48,719 nt of DNA from Klebsiella phage PWKp14. The stretch lies in sequence record MZ634345.1; one strand, written 5' to 3'. This document shows positions 1 to 9,560 of this stretch, piece after piece. Made by a program: the position numbers and the translations under genes. The notes beneath the pieces are model-generated. The model ran no database searches. It was not told where the DNA came from and was given only the letters and a program-made list of their open reading frames with translations. Numbering within the stretch: position 1 is the first letter of the stretch; every line of letters starts with the position of its first letter.

Positions 1-2
1 CT

Positions 3-350
3 GAAACCGCTGCAAAAACTTCAGAGACCAACGCAAAAGCATCTGAAAATAAGGCGAAGACCTCGGAGACAAATGCAAAGGCATCCGAAACAGCCGCAAA
101 GACTTCAGAGACCAACGCCAAAGCATCGGAAACCGCAGCGAAGACCTCGGAGGCGAACGCTAAATCTTCGGAAAATAAGGCCAAAACTTCAGAGACCAAT
201 GCGAAGGCATCAGAAACCGCAGCGAAGACCTCGGAGACAAATGCAAAGGCATCCGAAAATAAGGCGAAAACCTCGGAGACGAACGCCAAGGCTTCAGAAA
301 CCGCAGCGAAAACCTCGGAGACCAATGCAAAAGCATCCGAAACTGCTGCT
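3..350 (+). repeat. Tandem 21/42-nt coding repeat encoding AKTSETN-AKASETA/ENK heptads
   Basis: Direct translation in the tail fibre frame; about 16 heptads. Confidence 0.9.
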
Positions 351-2495
351 AACTCTGCGAAGACCGACGCGCAAACTGCGAAGGGGCAGACGCAAAATCT
401 TCGTGATCAGGTTGTCGACCTTGTGGCTGGTGTGCAAGCTCCTGATAAGTTAAGCGGGGTTGCTTCCAGCTCCGAATCATGGATGAAGATCGCTAACATC
501 AAGAGCACTGGAAGCGCTTATGCTTTCGTTCAATTCATCATTGGCGGGGGTTCTGATTATGGTGCGGCAAACGTCCCGGTTGATATCTTCTCCTTGTCTG
601 GAAGAGGCCTTCCAGCCTCGCCGTTGACAAGCGGAAATATTGACACCTGGTTCACTCAACGATCCTTGATTGCTGCCAGGCCAAACGCCAAGCGCGTTAA
701 TCTTGGGGCGGTAAAAAAGGCGGATGCTTCATATGATATTTATCTTCATGCTCCGGGTGGCTGGATTCCTAGCCTGTGGTTGAATCTTTTAAACGTACAG
801 GCTAACAATGGGTCGATTACCGGGCCGATCATCGATCGCACTGGTTATTCGTGGATTACCACGGAGCCAACCGGGATTGTATATAACAACCCGGCAGATT
901 ATTTGCTGGCTAACGATAGCACGATCCCGCGAACCAACGTGGCCAACACGTTTAGCCAGCCGCAGGCGATCAGCGTTCCGGGCGGAAACGCTACGCTGAC
1001 CCTGAACGGTTGCACTGTTAGGGCGAATAACAACAATGTTCTTGTGCTTTCAACCCCCTCTGGTAGCGAAGGAATGAGTTTTCGGCCAAATGGCGACACC
1101 TCTACGAATGGCCAGATGACCATTTCGGGAAATGGTGATGTGCTTGTTAATGGCACTGTAAAAAGCAATGGCGTTGATGTTACCGCATCGCAGAAGCTGC
1201 CACTGAAGGAGACAACCGCAACAACCGGGGTTGGCGTTAATTTTATCGGCAACCACACAACGGAGTGTTCTTTCGGGATTGAAAATACTGCTGGCGGTTC
1301 TGCTGTGTTCCATAACTATACGCGCGGCGCATCTAACAGCGTGACGAAGAACAACCAGCTTTTAGGTGGTTATGGTTCTCGCCCGTGGTTAGGATCTGAC
1401 TATACGGAGCACAGTAACGCGGCCTTGCATTTCCTTGGGGCTGGCGATGCATCTGGAACCAATCACGGTGGCTGGATTCGATTGCTTGTCACCCCCAAAG
1501 GTAAGACGATTGGCGATAGGGTTCCGGCGTTCAGGCTGTCAGATAACGGAGATCTCTGGATTGTTCCGGATGGGGCCATGCACTCAGATCTTGGGTTGGT
1601 GCGTAGCTTTGAAACGTTAAATGCAGCCGTTCCAAAATTCAATGCTCCAACCAATCAGGATGGTCGAGGGTTGAAGATTGTATCTGCGGATGGTGCGCCG
1701 GAAATTAACATGATTGCGCCGCGAGCCGGGTTAACATCAGCGCCAGCTATTCGCGCCATGTGGTGCGATGGCGATCTTTCAGGAACCTCAAGAAGCGTTG
1801 GTGCAACTCAGGCTGGCTCATCTTTCTATGTTGGTGCATCTGGCCATGATGGGCAGAAGTTCGACTCCATGAAGGCTGCAATTTCATTTAGCGCCACTAA
1901 TGGATGGGGTACAACAAGTACACCAACTGATATCTCTTTCGAGACAACCCCTGTTGGGTCGACTGGTAGGAGAGCAGCATGGAGAATCGGCGCTGGCGGT
2001 GCATTTGCTCCGGCCACCGATAACTCATTTGACATTGGCGGGGCATCGGTTAGGGTTAAGCAAGTTTACGCCGTTAACGGGACAATTAACACCTCCGACG
2101 CTCGGCTGAAAAATGATGTTCGCATGATGAGCGATCCTGAAACGGAAGCGGCCAAAGCTATCGCGAAGGAGATCGGGTTCTGGACGTGGAAAGAGCAAGC
2201 CGATATGAACGACGTTCGTGAGCATTGCGGTTTGACCGTTCAGCGTGCGATGGAGATCATGGAAAGTTTTGGGCTTGAGCCGTTCAAATATGGCTTCATC
2301 TGCCATGACGAATGGGAAGAGCAAACGGTGGTTTCTGAATACGGTTCGCTTAATGAAGATGGGACGGAAAACCCGATCTACAAAACCATTCCGGCTGGCG
2401 ACCGTTATTCGTTCCGCCTTGAGGAGTTGAACCTGTTTATCGCGAAGGGATTCGAAGCGCGATTATCCGCACTTGAGGATAAATTAGGGATGTAA
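3..2495 (+). CDS. Tail fibre / side tail fibre protein, 5'-truncated by the window edge
   Basis: Frame is open from position 3 (ETAAKTSETNAKASENKAKTSETNAKASE...) into the called ORF 423..2495. Heptad repeats lie upstream and the C-terminus has a peptidase S74-like motif (SDARLKNDVR...). Confidence 0.88.
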   Translation, partial: ETAAKTSETNAKASENKAKTSETNAKASETAAKTSETNAKASETAAKTSEANAKSSENKAKTSETNAKASETAAKTSETNAKASENKAKTSETNAKASETAAKTSETNAKASETAANSAKTDAQTAKGQTQNLRDQVVDLVAGVQAPDKLSGVASSSESWMKIANIKSTGSAYAFVQFIIGGGSDYGAANVPVDIFSLSGRGLPASPLTSGNIDTWFTQRSLIAARPNAKRVNLGAVKKADASYDIYLHAPGGWIPSLWLNLLNVQANNGSITGPIIDRTGYSWITTEPTGIVYNNPADYLLANDSTIPRTNVANTFSQPQAISVPGGNATLTLNGCTVRANNNNVLVLSTPSGSEGMSFRPNGDTSTNGQMTISGNGDVLVNGTVKSNGVDVTASQKLPLKETTATTGVGVNFIGNHTTECSFGIENTAGGSAVFHNYTRGASNSVTKNNQLLGGYGSRPWLGSDYTEHSNAALHFLGAGDASGTNHGGWIRLLVTPKGKTIGDRVPAFRLSDNGDLWIVPDGAMHSDLGLVRSFETLNAAVPKFNAPTNQDGRGLKIVSADGAPEINMIAPRAGLTSAPAIRAMWCDGDLSGTSRSVGATQAGSSFYVGASGHDGQKFDSMKAAISFSATNGWGTTSTPTDISFETTPVGSTGRRAAWRIGAGGAFAPATDNSFDIGGASVRVKQVYAVNGTINTSDARLKNDVRMMSDPETEAAKAIAKEIGFWTWKEQADMNDVREHCGLTVQRAMEIMESFGLEPFKYGFICHDEWEEQTVVSEYGSLNEDGTENPIYKTIPAGDRYSFRLEELNLFIAKGFEARLSALEDKLGM

Positions 2496-2525
2496 AAAAG
2501 GGGCCGTATGGCCCCTTTCTTTTTA
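2494..2525. terminator. Bidirectional rho-independent terminator between convergent genes
   Basis: AAAAAAGGGGCCGTATGGCCCCTTTCTTTTT at the end of the tail fibre gene. Confidence 0.85.
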
Positions 2526-3182
2526 ATCATACCTTGCGCAATCAATAGCGATGCAGGTGTTTTTCATATCGACGTAGGTGAGGTCGCTTGCCGTTCCGCC
2601 AGGAGCCTGCGTTAGATATGCGGTAAGTTGCGTGCTTGAGCCGTTAAAAAATGCCGCTGCGCCATAGTCGCCCTGAAATGGTCTTGGGTAAGGATCACGA
2701 ATAACACCAACGATCGCGCCTAACTGAACAGGACTAACCGCCCACTTCCCGCCGTTAGTGACGTTTAGATTAAAACCAGTGCCGTAGGTCTGCACGTCTG
2801 AAAGCGTCCTGGTCTCATTGGTCAAAATCAGCGTGCCGTTTTCATCCCAAATAGCAAGGCCGTAACCAGGATTGGATTGTTGGAATACGGCAAAGAAATA
2901 AACTTCAGCATATACGCCTTGTGAACCAGCGGAAAAAACAACACTGCAAGTGTTCCCGTCGTACCTAATTTTTGTGAAAGCGCCGTTTGGTGATGAGCCA
3001 TGAAAGACCACGAACGGCACGCATGGGTGATTCGTGTCGTAAGTTACCGATCTCACCTCATCGGAATTGGTTCCACCTCTCAGGGTGATGCTTTTCTTTG
3101 ATAGCAGTGCCAGCGGTATGCTTTGAGGAGAAACCCAAACATTGCCGCTATCATTGGTAAGTAAAATTCCGTAATCTGCCAT
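2523..3182 (-). CDS. Tail-tip associated protein (DUF6453-like), putative
   Basis: 219-aa ORF (MADYGILLTND...) adjacent to J; N-terminus resembles small lambdoid tail-tip proteins. Confidence 0.6.
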   Translation of the reverse strand: MADYGILLTNDSGNVWVSPQSIPLALLSKKSITLRGGTNSDEVRSVTYDTNHPCVPFVVFHGSSPNGAFTKIRYDGNTCSVVFSAGSQGVYAEVYFFAVFQQSNPGYGLAIWDENGTLILTNETRTLSDVQTYGTGFNLNVTNGGKWAVSPVQLGAIVGVIRDPYPRPFQGDYGAAAFFNGSSTQLTAYLTQAPGGTASDLTYVDMKNTCIAIDCARYD

Positions 3183-3187
3183 AATCT

Positions 3188-3496
3188 TTAACTCATAATT
3201 TGAACAACAATAAAACCTTGCGTCGCCGGGTAGACACCTGATTCCAGCGCATCATCTGGCGCATCTGAAACAACGATCTGATTACCGCTAACGGTAATTC
3301 GCCTCTTCGATGTGCCGTACTGGTCTTGATTTGCGACCCAAAAGAAACCCAACCTTAAACCAGGTGGAACGTTGTAAGACCATGTTCCGCTTTTCTGGCC
3401 TTGCGCCAAAGCAATATATCCAGCAACCGAAACAGGGACGATCCCATAGTTGTTGGGGTTCCCGTTCGCATCCCAAGATTGAAAGCCATAAGCCAT
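3188..3496 (-). CDS. Small tail-tip associated protein (DUF6453-like), putative
   Basis: 102-aa ORF (MAYGFQSWDANG...) next to J. Confidence 0.55.
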   Translation of the reverse strand: MAYGFQSWDANGNPNNYGIVPVSVAGYIALAQGQKSGTWSYNVPPGLRLGFFWVANQDQYGTSKRRITVSGNQIVVSDAPDDALESGVYPATQGFIVVQIMS

Positions 3497-3515
3497 AAAT
3501 ACCTCCGTTGGTTAA

Positions 3516-3533
3516 GCCGGGATTTCTCCCGGC
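3516..3533 (-). terminator. Hairpin GCCGGGA-N4-TCCCGGC downstream of J
   Basis: Perfect 7-bp stem directly after the J stop codon; weak T-tract. Confidence 0.4.
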
Positions 3534-3540
3534 ATTAATT

Positions 3541-6500
3541 TTACCATGATCCAGTGATCCTACCCAACTGGCAACGAACGCGGCCGCTACCATCTCGAAC
3601 CGTGATGTTCTGGTTAGTTTGCTTGATGGAACCTTCGCCAGATGTTGAACCATAGTTGACAAATACGCCGTTTTTATCAAGCCTCCATCCTGCAACATTC
3701 TCCTGAAAGTTGTTGGACTGAATAACGTTGCCGATCTTCGCGTTGGTAATCGAACCGTCCTGAATAAGAGCGTTATTCATGAACACCTGGTCATTCTGTA
3801 CAACAAACGGTAGCGTGTACGCGCCCGACGCCGCATTACGGATGATAGCAAATCTATCAGCAATGAACAGCACCTGCGAAACAATGTTGCTCCCTTGCGC
3901 TGTAAGCTGTAGCGCCATCCCGGAGCTATACTCCTGGCCGTTGTACCTCAAGCCTAACTTCATCGTGTACATGGAACCGACGCCATTAACATTTGCCCAC
4001 GAGTCGAGTTTCTGGTTTAGCGCTGCGGAGTTCTGCCCGATTTTGGCATCTAGTGCCGCCTCGGAACTTGCCCGCGCGTCGCTTTCATTTGCAATAGCCT
4101 GATTAACCTGCGTAAAACCAGCGTTCATGGTTGTTTTTACGCCGTCAATATCAGCCGCAAAATCTGCCTGCAACTGACCGATCTGCGTTGCTCTCGTCTC
4201 GCTTTCCGTCGCCAGGGCTTCGTTAAGGGTCGTGATCTGCGATGTGATATCTTCATCAATCTGCGCTTTAAGCTGCGTAATTTCAGCCGCCCTCGCTTCT
4301 GATTCATTGGCAATCAGCACCGTAGTATGCGCGATCTCAGCCTTGCGTTTACCGTTCTCCTTGCGCATAACCCTGACGTCCGCATCATTCGCCAAAGCGT
4401 TTTGAATGATGCTGTTCGCGTAGTCATTGAGTTTCGCCGCGCTATCCTGCGCACTCTCCTGAAGCTCCTTCATCGCGTCGCTATCCAGGATTTCATCCAG
4501 GATCGCATCTGTGATGATGTTAACGTCAGTCGAAGACATACCGCGAGCGTAATCAGTCCATTCTGAAACGTTGCCGATCCGGTCTACGCTTCTGGCTTTG
4601 TAGAAGTTCACGTAGCCAGCGGGCAGAATTGAATGCCAGTATTCAGCCGCCGGGTAAGGAATCAGTGTAAGCAGGCTTGCATCCTGATCGGTTCCGCTTT
4701 GCGACTGGTAAAGCTCAATGTATGCCGTGTCTTCCGCCCCTTCTGGCATGGCCCACTTAACGCGAATGCCGAAGATCTCATTGTCCGACGCAAAAAGGTT
4801 AATCGGGCCTTTTGGCGCTCCGACTTTCCCAGTCAGTGTGGCGGTTGCCAATGCAGACCACGGAGACGCTACATTCCCGCCGCTAATGCACCTAACGCGG
4901 GCCTGATACTCGCCAGCATAGATGCCTTCGATATCAACCTGCGTTGTCGCAGTGCGAGGAACGTTGTTCCAGTTACCGCCATCTTTGCGCCATTGCACCT
5001 CGTACAGTTTTGCATACTGCACGGCAGACCAGCCGATCACCATCGTTTCGACGCTCATCCCCTGAACAATGCGGGAGAAAGAGCTAATCGTTAAGTCTTT
5101 CGGAGCGCCCATTGAATCCGGGTCAACAACCGAAGTTGGTCGGTCGTCGGTAATTACTCCGTTGTCGATCGCGTCATACTTGTTCGGGTTGTACTGCGTA
5201 GCCGTGATGGCAAAGGTGAATTCGTCGTCATCACTACCCTTTTCAATCCGGGTTACTACATACTGTTCCGCTGCAAGCTGATCGCTCTCGATCAGGAATA
5301 CACTGTCCGGCGCAACGTCAAAGTTATACCCAACGTTTAGCGTGAGTGCCTTACCGTCAGCCGAAACGCTGGCGATTGTGCGGCGCACAGGCTTGCCGTC
5401 GTCGGTATTCAGGATCAGAGTGTCGCCAGCCTTCGCGTCGCAGCGGAAAGCCAGGAAAACCTGCGTTCCCGTTACTTCCATGATTCGCCCCGAAAGCACC
5501 AGGTTAAAGGCCGATTGCCAGTGCGGATCTGCAACGTAAATTACATCGCCGCAAGAAGGAATCATGCCTTCCAGGCCAGTCGAAAACGAAACGGTTGTAG
5601 CGCTTAGGTTCGTTTGCAGAATCCAACGCCCACGGCGGTTCGCCTCCGTCCTTCTGGTACACCCGATCGCTGTAATGCTCGTTGGGTTGTGGCCGAACCG
5701 CATGGCTGCGTCCGGGTTGAATACTGGTTCAACATCCTGTTCGTACTGGTTTTCTTCGTCGTCGAACATGACGTTGCACGACGTGTACATCGTCTTTTCG
5801 CTTGGGAACGTCCGAACGAACACGCCATCAACGACGTTATCAGCCGTAAACAGGTACACCGGATCGCGCGGCTTGTCGACGATAATAGAAAGGCTTTCAC
5901 CGTTGTAGAACGTCATTCCACGGAATGCGGAACAAATATCCCTTACTAACTGGAACGCCTCAACCTGCGACTGAACAACTACATCCATCAAATAGCGCGG
6001 TTCCATCCCGCCGCGATTGTCCGGCACAAGCTCATCACAGTATTGCGCCACCTCATACAGCGACCACTTGTCAACCGGGATGCCAAGTTCGCGCTGGTCT
6101 AAACCATAGCGCTGATTCATGATCAGGTCATAAAGCACCCATGCCGGGTTATTGCTCCACGCCCACTTGAAAACACCGTCCCACGTTCCGGAGTACGTGC
6201 GATTAATCGGATCGTAGTTGCTCGGAACCTGGATAATCTTCCATTTCTTTTTGAGTGAGATAGTGGGGATCTGGTTCTGGAACAGATCGCTATCGAACTC
6301 AACGTAAAGCATTGCCGTTAACGGGTAGCGGAATTTTGCATCAATGACCTCAGCGTAGGATTGAACCTGGAAGGCATCGACAACCTTCACCCCGTCAGAG
6401 TCCGGAGTTACCCGGCTAACGCGGATAAGAACCTGCGACGTGAAGTTTTGCGGCAGGTTAACGCGAATGCTCCGATCGTAACCGCCAGTCGTGTTCTTTC

Positions 6501-6987
6501 CGTCAATTTTGCCCGTTAGGTAGGTCTGATAACTTGCGCCATCTACCGCCATCTCGATCTTGTACTCAACAACCGATCCGACCATATCGCCGTTATCTTT
6601 TTGCTTCAGAACGCGGGGCCATAACAGGCGAAAGCGAATGGCAGAAAGATTCTTGTTCGATACGGTAAGCGTATAAGGCGTGTTGTGAGTGACTTCACGA
6701 GCAACCTGGAATTCAGCGCTTGACTCGCTGAAACCTTGGATATAGTCCTGCGTTTGCGTGCCGGGGCGGAACTCAGCGATTACGCCCTCATAGTTGAATG
6801 TTCCATCCTCGTTCTGAACCGGGACGCCGCCAAAATGCAACTGCTTCAGGCTGAAGTCGTTAACCACCTCGCCATCTGAAACAGCAAGCAACAATTTAAC
6901 CTTATCTTTCGAGATCAGGTTATCTGGCATTTCTACGGGAGTACGCGGCGAACTTGAGCCACCCTTGCGGGCCTTGATATTAGTCAT
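3541..6987 (-). CDS. Host specificity / central tail fibre protein J-like
   Basis: 1148 aa, fibronectin-type segments, position after the I/K/L/M tail genes; AGGAGG SD upstream. Confidence 0.92.
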   Translation of the reverse strand: MTNIKARKGGSSSPRTPVEMPDNLISKDKVKLLLAVSDGEVVNDFSLKQLHFGGVPVQNEDGTFNYEGVIAEFRPGTQTQDYIQGFSESSAEFQVAREVTHNTPYTLTVSNKNLSAIRFRLLWPRVLKQKDNGDMVGSVVEYKIEMAVDGASYQTYLTGKIDGKNTTGGYDRSIRVNLPQNFTSQVLIRVSRVTPDSDGVKVVDAFQVQSYAEVIDAKFRYPLTAMLYVEFDSDLFQNQIPTISLKKKWKIIQVPSNYDPINRTYSGTWDGVFKWAWSNNPAWVLYDLIMNQRYGLDQRELGIPVDKWSLYEVAQYCDELVPDNRGGMEPRYLMDVVVQSQVEAFQLVRDICSAFRGMTFYNGESLSIIVDKPRDPVYLFTADNVVDGVFVRTFPSEKTMYTSCNVMFDDEENQYEQDVEPVFNPDAAMRFGHNPTSITAIGCTRRTEANRRGRWILQTNLSATTVSFSTGLEGMIPSCGDVIYVADPHWQSAFNLVLSGRIMEVTGTQVFLAFRCDAKAGDTLILNTDDGKPVRRTIASVSADGKALTLNVGYNFDVAPDSVFLIESDQLAAEQYVVTRIEKGSDDDEFTFAITATQYNPNKYDAIDNGVITDDRPTSVVDPDSMGAPKDLTISSFSRIVQGMSVETMVIGWSAVQYAKLYEVQWRKDGGNWNNVPRTATTQVDIEGIYAGEYQARVRCISGGNVASPWSALATATLTGKVGAPKGPINLFASDNEIFGIRVKWAMPEGAEDTAYIELYQSQSGTDQDASLLTLIPYPAAEYWHSILPAGYVNFYKARSVDRIGNVSEWTDYARGMSSTDVNIITDAILDEILDSDAMKELQESAQDSAAKLNDYANSIIQNALANDADVRVMRKENGKRKAEIAHTTVLIANESEARAAEITQLKAQIDEDITSQITTLNEALATESETRATQIGQLQADFAADIDGVKTTMNAGFTQVNQAIANESDARASSEAALDAKIGQNSAALNQKLDSWANVNGVGSMYTMKLGLRYNGQEYSSGMALQLTAQGSNIVSQVLFIADRFAIIRNAASGAYTLPFVVQNDQVFMNNALIQDGSITNAKIGNVIQSNNFQENVAGWRLDKNGVFVNYGSTSGEGSIKQTNQNITVRDGSGRVRCQLGRITGSW

Positions 6988-7074
6988 CGTTTAGCCTCCT
7001 GTTAATAGTCTCGCAATTGTACACGACAAAAGGCCCGGAGGCTATGCCACCAGGCTAAAAAGCGAATGGCTTAA

Positions 7075-7677
7075 TTAGTTATTGTCTTCTGCGTAAGATC
7101 CCGAACCGAACAACGCACCGCCAGCCAATCTGTAACCGTATGGCAATTGGATTGGATACCCCGCCGCCGTGGTGTTAATCGGCCCGCCGAACGCATACGA
7201 TGGTTTATTCTCAGGCGATTCGCTCGCCCGCATGTTGCCGCCCATCTGCGGGGCGATCATCTGCATTACGCCACCCAAAACCATTGAGCCACCAGCCATA
7301 AAGGCCGCCGATGCAAAAGCGCCCATCTCGGCCAATGCTGCACCGCCAGTGTAGAACGCCGCTACCATAATCGCCGCGCCGATAACGATCTGCAACAACC
7401 CGCCGTTCTTTCTGGCTTTTGGGATCGGGATGATTCTAATCTCCTTTGCCACGGCAAAAGTCGCAAAGTCGTTCGTGCTGATTGGTTTTCCGTCTGCGAT
7501 GATACCGAAGCGCATGTTTGAACCAACTTTGCTCTGCATGAACGGCTTAAACCCTTCCACCTGGTAAGACAGCGCCCGGATACATTCAGCAACCGAATCA
7601 ACCGCAAGTTTGTGGAATACGCCGAACCGACGCCCCAGGGAACCAGAAAGTTTAATCGTCTTTGTATGTGATGCCAT
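7075..7677 (-). CDS. Tail assembly protein (lambda I-like)
   Basis: 200 aa (MASHTKTIKLSGSLGRRFG...), Gly/Ala-rich hydrophobic middle, synteny. Confidence 0.85.
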   Translation of the reverse strand: MASHTKTIKLSGSLGRRFGVFHKLAVDSVAECIRALSYQVEGFKPFMQSKVGSNMRFGIIADGKPISTNDFATFAVAKEIRIIPIPKARKNGGLLQIVIGAAIMVAAFYTGGAALAEMGAFASAAFMAGGSMVLGGVMQMIAPQMGGNMRASESPENKPSYAFGGPINTTAAGYPIQLPYGYRLAGGALFGSGSYAEDNN

Positions 7678-8401
7678 GTTTAAGCTCCTTGTGCCTGCAA
7701 ATTAGAACCTTATGCTGCTCGTACCATCCAGAATAGATATCCCGGCGAGACAGCTTGCCATATGCGTGATGAAGGATGTTGTTATTTCCAACGTAAATCC
7801 CCGCGTGATTCCATTTCTCCGCCTGAAGCTGAAAAATGATCATATCGCCAACTTCAGGCTCGCCAGTGTTTTCAATGAACCCGTCCTCTTGCCAGTAGTC
7901 CTGGTAAAGATTCTCTTTGTATTCCGGCTTCCACCATTCGAACGGAACCCGCCGATCTTTTAGCGTGACGCCGTGGCGCTTGTGAAAATCCATAATAAGG
8001 CCATAGCAATCATAAGCCCCCAAAGCCCAGGGGCGACCAATCAGCGGACGGCGCTTAGGCTCAATGATTCGCATGTCACCTTCGGGGATGGAGACGATAA
8101 CCCACGACAAGCCAGACTCATCACAAAAGCATAAATCTGTGGCGCTTGGGGTCGTGGTTGCCCCGTCGCCAGTGTGAGAATGAACGAACGCGATCGGCTC
8201 GCCATCCATTGCTGCCAGCGCATACTGCGCTTCGTCCGGCATTGATTCGTTCTCAGGATCTGGCGAAACGTTGTCGAGTCGGTGATATTTTTGCACGCGT
8301 GATTTTTGCGTCACCAGCCCGGCGCATTCGTGCGGGTAGACTTCCTTCGCGTGCTGCATGATCTGCATTTTAATTTTCGGAGTCAACATATTAGCTACCA
8401 C
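7652..8401 (-). CDS. Tail assembly protein (lambda K-like), JAB + NlpC/P60 domains
   Basis: HPHECAGL and HSHTGDGATTTPSATD (JAB), ALGAYDCYGLIMDF (NlpC/P60). Confidence 0.87.
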   Translation of the reverse strand: MVANMLTPKIKMQIMQHAKEVYPHECAGLVTQKSRVQKYHRLDNVSPDPENESMPDEAQYALAAMDGEPIAFVHSHTGDGATTTPSATDLCFCDESGLSWVIVSIPEGDMRIIEPKRRPLIGRPWALGAYDCYGLIMDFHKRHGVTLKDRRVPFEWWKPEYKENLYQDYWQEDGFIENTGEPEVGDMIIFQLQAEKWNHAGIYVGNNNILHHAYGKLSRRDIYSGWYEQHKVLICRHKELKHGITYKDD

Positions 8402-9182
8402 TCTTCAAAGTTGCTGTCGCACAACCGCCGAAACTCAACGGCTCATTACCAAAACGAAGCCTACAGGAAGAAACCAGGCCACCACAAACATCTTGCGCCG
8501 GGTCGTCAACCCTGTTTCCTAACTTGTCGAAGTATCCGTTCTGCCCGTTGTAGTCGCATCCTTTGCCAGACTTGTACCACCCACGCTGCGCCCAATAACA
8601 AACGGTTTGCGTTAGGCGTGCCGGGATCATTAATCCATCCATATCAAACACGGAGGTTAATTCGAACGTTGCCTTTTGCGGGTCAACCTTCTTAGGTCGC
8701 TCGATGTAGTAGATAAATCGCCTAAAATCGCCATCTTTAACGCTGCCGTCGTTTTGTAGCAATTCCTTGACCAAAACCCACACCGTAACTTTGGCTTGCA
8801 TAAGGCCGTTATATGCGCGAATAAGAGCACTCGCTTGCGCATCAATATTGCTAACCGTCAGTGTTGGCTTTTCCACTGTGCCATCGCTCGACATTGCGAT
8901 CCCGCCCAGGCCGAACGGTCGCGGGCCGTACTGCTCGCCGCGAAACGTGATCATCTTTGGCTGAAGCGTCCCGCCGTTCACCGCCGCTAAAAGCTCCTCG
9001 GTTGTATAGGCGACGTTCTCGTTATGGAATCGGTAGACCTGCCCGCCGAACTTTGTGGCGTCGATATCGATCAGCGTTAGGATCTCGCCGGGGAAAAGTT
9101 TTTGTAAGCAGTTCGCAAACTCTTTTGAAACATTGGCTGTCATCGTAAGCCCTCCTCTAATTGACTCCAGATCATAGGCCAA
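8391..9182 (-). CDS. Minor tail protein (lambda L-like)
   Basis: 263 aa; Cys residues in C-terminal half (VCYWAQRGWYKSGKGCDYNG); synteny. Confidence 0.85.
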   Translation of the reverse strand: MAYDLESIRGGLTMTANVSKEFANCLQKLFPGEILTLIDIDATKFGGQVYRFHNENVAYTTEELLAAVNGGTLQPKMITFRGEQYGPRPFGLGGIAMSSDGTVEKPTLTVSNIDAQASALIRAYNGLMQAKVTVWVLVKELLQNDGSVKDGDFRRFIYYIERPKKVDPQKATFELTSVFDMDGLMIPARLTQTVCYWAQRGWYKSGKGCDYNGQNGYFDKLGNRVDDPAQDVCGGLVSSCRLRFGNEPLSFGGCATATLKSGS

Positions 9183-9210
9183 AAAAAAGCACCCGTAAAG
9201 GGCGCTTTTT
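9181..9210 (-). terminator. Intergenic terminator between M-like and L-like genes
   Basis: Minus strand GCGCCC-tttac-GGGTGC followed by TTTTTTTT. Confidence 0.7.
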
Positions 9211-9213
9211 TGA

Positions 9214-9558
9214 TTATCCGGCTGAAGTGAAGCGTTCGGCGAATTCAGCCGTTACCTCAAACACCCCGCCACCCTGCGGCGCAAGGTTAACGGAGTCGGC
9301 AGTTACGACGAATACGCCAATTCTTCCATCCGGTGCCTTCCATACAAACGGCTTGGTTACGTGCTCCTGACAGAAGTCATAAACCGCTTCCCAATCCGAA
9401 CCGCCATAAACGATCGAAACCGTCCGGCGCTTTGTGTTAATGCCACTCGACGCCGTTTGGATGTAGCCATTTCCAAAGCTGATCGAGCGAATGTTGTTGG
9501 AGACGGCGACCTTCGCCGCCCCTCCTTGAATTTGTGTACACCATTTAAAGGAATCCAC
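9214..9558 (-). CDS. Minor tail protein (lambda M-like)
   Basis: 114 aa; GTG start with GAGGAGG SD; synteny. Confidence 0.8.
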   Translation of the reverse strand: MDSFKWCTQIQGGAAKVAVSNNIRSISFGNGYIQTASSGINTKRRTVSIVYGGSDWEAVYDFCQEHVTKPFVWKAPDGRIGVFVVTADSVNLAPQGGGVFEVTAEFAERFTSAG

Positions 9559-9560
9559 TA

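Noticed and set aside
73-453. 126-aa Arg/Pro-rich ORF (MQRHPKQPQRLQRPT...)
   Set aside because: Off-frame reading of the tail fibre tandem repeat; the real frame is open from position 3 through 2495.
3779-4102. Plus-strand ORFs antisense to J, tape measure, portal and TerL (e.g. 3779..4102, 11740..12582, 21871..22299)
   Set aside because: Antisense open frames within well-supported genes, with low-complexity or Ser/Arg-rich translations and no own context.
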